DNA of 64,000 nt, from contig OZ242029.1 of NCBI GenBank assembly GCA_965205015.1, positions 2,176,001 to 2,240,000 on the forward strand, in the 5' to 3' direction. The notes below the pieces were generated by a model. The model was not told the origin of the DNA. It was given only the letters and a program-made list of their open reading frames with translations, and did no database searches. This document shows positions 57,769-64,000 of the stretch, in pieces (the stretch's first letter is position 1; every line of letters begins with the position of its first letter). A program made the translations under genes and the position numbers. The DNA comes from Candidatus Poribacteria bacterium (lineage in GTDB: Bacteria > Poribacteria > WGA-4E > WGA-3G).

Positions 57769-57850
57769 GAGCCATCAGTTTTCGGTTATCTGACCGGAGC
57801 CAGAGGCGTTCGGTAACGCCACATTCCTCTTAACTGATAACCAATAACTA
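57769..57850. repeat. Heptamer-built imperfect palindromic intergenic element
   Basis: GAGCCATCAGTTTTCGGTTA...CCTCTTAACTGATAACCAATAACTA; shares blocks with the 55496 copy. Confidence 0.65.
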
Positions 57851-58579
57851 TTTCCAGACATAAAATAGAAGAAAACTAAAAAACTGCAGGGCTCCCATAA
57901 AGATGCCACACCGTATGCCAGCGACCCCCGCGTGTTGCTCTCTCGGAAAACCACCGGATACCCCGAAAAAGTAAGGGCACAGCAGAAAAGTAACCAGAAG
58001 AGAGACCGGCATAAAAATCGGGACCGACCCAATCTCTGGTATCCGATCCACCTGTGTCGCATTCCACAACCACAAATGCGATTCCCCAAACGCGTAAATG
58101 ATGTTACTGCCCACCGCCGCACCGATACCGGTGGCACCCGCCGCCAGCAGCGCAGTTCCCATGGGACCAACTCTCGGATTACCAACCTCAGACGCGAAAT
58201 AGGTTTGGAAAATCGTTGTAAGCCGCTGATAACAGTACCCTGCCAGTGTCGCAAACACTATCCAATTCAGGATTATTCCAATCGGGGTCGTTAGATTCGC
58301 CAGAAAATCTGGACGTAGGTAGAAGATTAAACCCACTTTTCGCGAGAATAACCAGTCCATCGGCACGTATGTCAACGTCGTCGCAACCCCAAAAATGGAA
58401 CTACTTAAAAGTAGCGAAGCATCTTCGTCACTCTGCCAGATACAATAAACGTACAAAGAGGCTGCAATCAACACGTTTGGATAAAGCATCCAAATAGTCC
58501 CGATGCGACCTGCCATTAAGAACGTTAAAAGCGTTGTCCCTGTTACAGCAAAAACCACCTTGTCCGTTTTGATACCCAT
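57848..58579 (-). CDS. Polytopic membrane protein, unknown function
   Basis: 243 aa, about 7 hydrophobic helices, in an operon-like run. Confidence 0.7.
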   Translation of the reverse strand: MGIKTDKVVFAVTGTTLLTFLMAGRIGTIWMLYPNVLIAASLYVYCIWQSDEDASLLLSSSIFGVATTLTYVPMDWLFSRKVGLIFYLRPDFLANLTTPIGIILNWIVFATLAGYCYQRLTTIFQTYFASEVGNPRVGPMGTALLAAGATGIGAAVGSNIIYAFGESHLWLWNATQVDRIPEIGSVPIFMPVSLLVTFLLCPYFFGVSGGFPREQHAGVAGIRCGIFMGALQFFSFLLFYVWK

Positions 58580-58584
58580 ACGCC

Positions 58585-59778
58585 TCAGGTCCGCTTTTCC
58601 CCTTCAAACTGAATCACGAGTTGATCGCCGGTGAGTTTCGCTCCAGTCGTTTTCTTATTCGCGAGCGTCCGCGGCAATGCGATATGTTGCTTGAAACTCC
58701 CCACTGTGACGATTAACTCATCACCGTGTTTTGTCAATCCAATTTCCTCTTTGCTCAGAAACGGAAGACGCATAGACAACTGATACGCATCCGCCATTTT
58801 TTGGAATTGATACGGACGTTCTTCAGAGAACCGATCAGCCGGGTTAATCCCTGAATAGAGCGTGTCCGCCAACCGATGCAGTCCCTGTTCCCCTACAATT
58901 TCTTCCGTAAAGAGGTTCACCTTCCAAATCGGTACGTCCGAAAAATAGTCCATTGCCTCTTCAATATAGTGCTGTTGTGACCGCTGCCAAGCCTCAAAGT
59001 ATGCCGAATCAACACCGTCAGGAAAGATGCGATTGATAATGACAGCGTCAATACACAACCCGTAAAGGCAAAAATACATAAATGCCCGCTGTGTCTCTTT
59101 AATAACAATTTTTTCTGGATTCGTCACTAAGCGGACCGTCGTGATCTTCGGATCCGTTAGGACCCCATCAATCCCTTCCAATTTATCGAATAAATCCTGA
59201 ATATTCTGAAAGTAATTATCTCGGGGAATCGGGACGGAACTCACCCGTTCGATGACTGGGCCCGCAACTCTCGCAAGGTTGCGTTCCAATTTGAAAATGT
59301 GGCTCATGTACCACTCCAGCGTCGTCGGAATACTGACAAACCGGAGCGACTCACCCGTCGGGGCACAATCAAGGATAATCACATCATAACTTTTTTCGCG
59401 AACATATTGATTGATGTACAGAAGCGCGCAAATCTCCTCCATTCCCGGAAACACTGCTATCTCCTCTGCGACGAGGCTATCAAGTCCGGAACGGTTGAGC
59501 AACGAACGGATGTAACTGTACACATCATGCCAGTATTCAACAATTGCTTCTTGGACGTTAATTTCCTGTATCCAGAGGTTGTCTCTGATGTGGATCTGTT
59601 TCTCTGCGCGCTGGTGAACGAGTTTTTCGTGGTTATCAAACGCATCTCGGAGCGAATGCGCCACATCCAGTGAAATTACGATCGTTTTGTAACCGAGTTC
59701 TGCGAGTTTGATCCCCGTAGCCGCGGCAATCGTCGTTTTGCCGACACCCCCTTTACCTGTGTAAAGAATAATTCGCAT
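58585..59778 (-). CDS. ArsA/GET3-family ATPase with C-terminal HSP20-like domain
   Basis: GKGGVGKTT, SLD.AHSL.D, DCAPTG, VTNPEK; C-terminal ELIVTVG.FK.HIALP..L; start at MRIILYTG. Confidence 0.9.
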   Translation of the reverse strand: MRIILYTGKGGVGKTTIAAATGIKLAELGYKTIVISLDVAHSLRDAFDNHEKLVHQRAEKQIHIRDNLWIQEINVQEAIVEYWHDVYSYIRSLLNRSGLDSLVAEEIAVFPGMEEICALLYINQYVREKSYDVIILDCAPTGESLRFVSIPTTLEWYMSHIFKLERNLARVAGPVIERVSSVPIPRDNYFQNIQDLFDKLEGIDGVLTDPKITTVRLVTNPEKIVIKETQRAFMYFCLYGLCIDAVIINRIFPDGVDSAYFEAWQRSQQHYIEEAMDYFSDVPIWKVNLFTEEIVGEQGLHRLADTLYSGINPADRFSEERPYQFQKMADAYQLSMRLPFLSKEEIGLTKHGDELIVTVGSFKQHIALPRTLANKKTTGAKLTGDQLVIQFEGEKRT

Positions 59779-59884
59779 TGTTTTTAAATTCCTACATTTT
59801 ATTTTTTTCAGTTGGTCCAGATCGTTTATACTATAGTATAACACAAAAGACAGGAAATGTGCAAAGCAGAGAATTGTGAAAAAT

Positions 59885-59913
59885 TTGACAAACCGTCTCT
59901 TTCATAGTATAAT
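59885..59913 (+). promoter_or_regulatory. Consensus sigma70 promoter for rplM-rpsI
   Basis: TTGACA-17 bp-TATAAT. Confidence 0.8.
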
Positions 59914-60050
59914 ATTACTCGGTTGTGTTCGCAGTTGTGAAAATACCTTTCTGAGAAAGGCACACTCGAACAACAAACTACATAAAGCAACGGAAAGCAA
60001 GCCAAATTTGCCCGCGCACGGGCTGAATTCGGTTGAAGGGACAGGAAATC

Positions 60051-60488
60051 ATGGTACTGAAAACGAAAACCTATTTCCCGAAAACGGAAAAAGATATTAG
60101 ATGGTATGTGGTGGACGCCGAGGGACAAGTGCTCGGGCGTTTAGCCTCCCGGATCGCACAGGTACTGCGCGGAAAGAATGACCCGCGGTATACACCTCAC
60201 GCCGATTTAGGGTTTCGCGTTGCTGTTGTGAATGCGGAAAAAGTCGTCGTCACAGGCAATAAAAGGGAACAGAAAACCTATTTTAGGCATAGCGGCTACC
60301 CCGGCGGTGATAAATATCGAACCTTCGATGAACAGATGGCTCGCAAACCGGAGGTAATTATCACCAACGCTGTTAGGGGGATGCTCCCAAAGAATCACCT
60401 CGGTCGGCAACTGATGAAAGGGCTCAGAGTTTACGCTGGACCGACACACCCGCACCAAGCACAGGAACCGGAAGTCTTAACACTTTAA
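60051..60488 (+). CDS. rplM: 50S ribosomal protein L13
   Basis: WYVVDA.G.VLGRLAS, YTPH.D, RHSGYPGG, GMLPKN, HPHQAQ. Confidence 0.98.
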   Translation: MVLKTKTYFPKTEKDIRWYVVDAEGQVLGRLASRIAQVLRGKNDPRYTPHADLGFRVAVVNAEKVVVTGNKREQKTYFRHSGYPGGDKYRTFDEQMARKPEVIITNAVRGMLPKNHLGRQLMKGLRVYAGPTHPHQAQEPEVLTL

Positions 60489-60547
60489 GTTGAGTTGAGG
60501 CGTCGTCAACAGATGATGCTCCTACAACTACGGAGAGTACGAATAGT

Positions 60548-60943
60548 ATGGCTATTGAACAATTCTGGGGAACCGGCAGACGCAAAACCTCAGTCGCGCG
60601 TGTCCGAATCATTCCCGGTGGTGAAGCCGGCGTTACCGTTAACAAAAAACCGATTCAAGATTACTTTGAACGCGCAGACCATTGGCAGGCAGCACAACGC
60701 CCCATTGAGCACGTTGAGAAGGTCGGCGAATATGCCATCCACGTCAACGTAAAAGGCGGCGGAAAGACTGGACAGGCTGGCGCAATCTCACATGGACTTG
60801 CACGCGCACTCGTCAAAGCGGATGAATCCTTGAAGTCTTCATTGAAAAAAGCAGGATTTTTAACGCGCGATTCGAGAATGGTCGAACGGAAGAAGTACGG
60901 ACAGAAAGGGGCACGGGCACGCTTCCAATTCTCCAAGCGTTAG
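60548..60943 (+). CDS. rpsI: 30S ribosomal protein S9
   Basis: GTGRRKTSVARV, GGG..GQAGA, LTRD.R.VERKKYG, QFSKR. Confidence 0.98.
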   Translation: MAIEQFWGTGRRKTSVARVRIIPGGEAGVTVNKKPIQDYFERADHWQAAQRPIEHVEKVGEYAIHVNVKGGGKTGQAGAISHGLARALVKADESLKSSLKKAGFLTRDSRMVERKKYGQKGARARFQFSKR

Positions 60944-61100
60944 AATTGTTGAGGGCTTCGGACATTTACAGCAGTTAACGCAAGTCTCCATTTCTCGCTG
61001 GCAGGGTTTCAATCCTCTTTGGAAACCGCTTCTGGAGTGCCACGCGCGCATTCCTTCTCCGCCAGCAACAGCGTACCGTTAAATCATCAATTGGTTCTAA

Positions 61101-62462
<1,362 letters not shown>

Positions 62463-62531
62463 GTCAAAATTGAGGGAGGAGGGATCTCTGAATCCCGACA
62501 CCTGGCTTTACTAAAATTTCTGAATTTTAAT

Positions 62532-62560
62532 TTGACATCTGACTTAAAGTATGGTATTAT
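62532..62560 (+). promoter_or_regulatory. Sigma70 promoter of the tRNA pair
   Basis: TTGACA-17 bp-TATTAT with extended -10 TG. Confidence 0.75.
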
Positions 62561-62576
62561 TAAATGTTGTTAATTC

Positions 62577-62649
62577 GAGCCGTTAGCTCAGCTGGTAGAG
62601 CATCTGACTTTTAATCAGGTGGTCACAGGTTCGATCCCTGTACGGCTCA
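62577..62649 (+). tRNA. tRNA-Lys(TTT)
   Basis: Acceptor stem GAGCCGT/ACGGCTC, D-arm AGCTCAGCTGGTAGAGC, anticodon loop CTTTTAA, T-loop GGTTCGATCC; CCA not encoded. Confidence 0.96.
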
Positions 62650-62658
62650 CATTCTTTT

Positions 62659-62733
62659 GCCCCCGTCGTCTAGCCTGGCCAAGGACACCGCCCTTTCACG
62701 GCGGCGACACGAGTTCAAATCTCGTCGGGGGTA
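62659..62733 (+). tRNA. tRNA-Glu(TTC)
   Basis: Acceptor stem GCCCCCG/CGGGGGT, anticodon arm CCGCC-CTTTCAC-GGCGG, T-loop GTTCAAATC. Confidence 0.96.
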
Positions 62734-62766
62734 TCTCACTCAAAGCAACGCAAAAATAGTTCCTTT

Positions 62767-62804
62767 AAAAAAACAAGCCTCTGTTGCCAAGGGGCTTGTT
62801 TTTT
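62767..62804 (+). terminator. Rho-independent (bidirectional-type) terminator after the tRNAs
   Basis: AAAAAAACAAGCCTCT...AGGGGCTTGTTTTTT. Confidence 0.8.
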
Positions 62805-62817
62805 GTTACTTAATATT

Positions 62818-64000
62818 ATGAACAACGCGCGTATCACCCACTCGATTTTACTGCTGATCCTTCTCTGGACTGGCACCGGCATCTGCCAAACATCACGAGA
62901 TGACACCACTTTCTACGGCACGTTCGTTGATGCCCAAGATGGACACCCTATTCCGGAGGTTCTCGTCCGCCTTGCGCCTGAAAAAATTGAACGGGTCTAT
63001 CCCGATCAAGAGTTTGAACACGCAACCGTAACGGACACGAAAGGCACCTTTTCGCTCACCATTCCCAGCGAAAACCAAGCCTATCACGCCTTCTCACTCA
63101 TGGCACTCCACCCACAGTATTTGGCGAAGCGCTTACGGAAGGAGATGCCTCCCAGTAAAAGCGAATATAATTTGGGGGTGATTGCGTTGAAGCGGACGCT
63201 ACCCCTGCAAGGCAGCGTTTCTGGTGAGAAAAGTATCAGTGGACTTGTTGTGAACCTGAAGATGCACAACACGTCAGCCGACTTCTTTCGTGCCGCTGCA
63301 CCGATTGAACACGCTGTAAAGACCGATCCCACCGGCAATTTCCATTTTTCCGAGCTCTATCCAATCGAATACACCTTGACAATTTCTCGGGACGGTCTTA
63401 TCATAGCGTTTATAGCGTCCATTCATCCACAAAAACAGGCACAGATTTCTGTCCGTCTACCACAATTGAAGACCTTACGCGGCACAGTTGTCGATGCGCA
63501 CGAACGACCCATAGCGGGCGCACAGATCCACGCAACTCGGCACGCAGAAACGTCTCACGGGCACGGGGGTCTCCTCTCAGCAGCACAAACAAACGAGGCA
63601 GGTAACTTTCAGATGGAGGTCTTAGAGACTGAACCACGACTCCTTTCACTTGAAGTCAGCAAAAAAGGATACTTTTCGAGGGTATACGAGAACGTAGACC
63701 TCGGTAAGATGCCGTCAATTCTACCCCTAAAGAAAGGGGTGAGTATTAAAGGACGTGTGGTCCTCCCGCAGAATATACCCGCTGATGGACAGTATGCTGT
63801 GAAGGTGTTTCCCATAGAGGCACAGATGGAGCCAAGCCTGAACCCATTAGTATTATACAGACCGATTTTGTCAAGACACTTTCCGGTGACAGAATCCGCT
63901 TTTGTGGTTGACGGGCTTTTTGCGGAAAAATATACGCTTTATATCGTTGGAAATGGCATTGCGGCGGCTCGAATTGATGTAGATGCCGCAATGAATACCG
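62818..64000 (+). CDS. Secreted protein with carboxypeptidase-regulatory-like (CnaB/prealbumin-type) repeats, 3'-partial
   Basis: Absent from the ORF track, presumably because it has no stop in the window. My translation begins MNNARITHSILLLILLWTGTGIC; repeats G..VD....PI....V...TD..G.F. Confidence 0.75.
   Translation, partial: MNNARITHSILLLILLWTGTGICQTSRDDTTFYGTFVDAQDGHPIPEVLVRLAPEKIERVYPDQEFEHATVTDTKGTFSLTIPSENQAYHAFSLMALHPQYLAKRLRKEMPPSKSEYNLGVIALKRTLPLQGSVSGEKSISGLVVNLKMHNTSADFFRAAAPIEHAVKTDPTGNFHFSELYPIEYTLTISRDGLIIAFIASIHPQKQAQISVRLPQLKTLRGTVVDAHERPIAGAQIHATRHAETSHGHGGLLSAAQTNEAGNFQMEVLETEPRLLSLEVSKKGYFSRVYENVDLGKMPSILPLKKGVSIKGRVVLPQNIPADGQYAVKVFPIEAQMEPSLNPLVLYRPILSRHFPVTESAFVVDGLFAEKYTLYIVGNGIAAARIDVDAAMNT

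Noticed and set aside
58585-59778. Arsenic resistance operon
   Set aside because: Single ATPase domain with an HSP20-like tail and no other ars genes
62577-64000. Genomic island integrated at the tRNAs
   Set aside because: No integrase and no duplicated tRNA 3' end in the window; a normal terminator follows

Overview
Gene-dense bacterial chromosomal window with no prophage, CRISPR array or rRNA. It holds five Cys-type sulfatases, three PhyH dioxygenases, several Gfo/Idh/MocA and Zn-dependent dehydrogenases, three secreted WD40-dockerin proteins, and a large Ig-like protein with a FlgD-type C-terminal domain next to a PorV-like barrel. This content and the intergenic repeats suggest Candidatus Poribacteria or a similar sponge-associated lineage (inference only). 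Housekeeping genes lie at the right end: sppA, hslUV, an ArsA/Get3-family ATPase, rplM-rpsI, purA, tRNA-Lys(TTT) and tRNA-Glu(TTC). Two complete IS elements (IS4 and ISAs1 families, each with terminal inverted repeats and a 10-bp target duplication) sit 16 bp apart between duplicated sulfatase genes. The top novelty candidate is a tandem pair of RDD-PspA/IM30 (bacterial ESCRT-III) fusion genes, in which a membrane domain replaces the PspA N-terminal amphipathic helix. Other candidates are a catalytically eroded AccA-like protein, an archaeal-type kinase/NDT-like fusion, a repeated structured element abutting start codons, and heptamer-built and GTAG-type intergenic palindromes. All family calls come from motif recognition; no searches were run.
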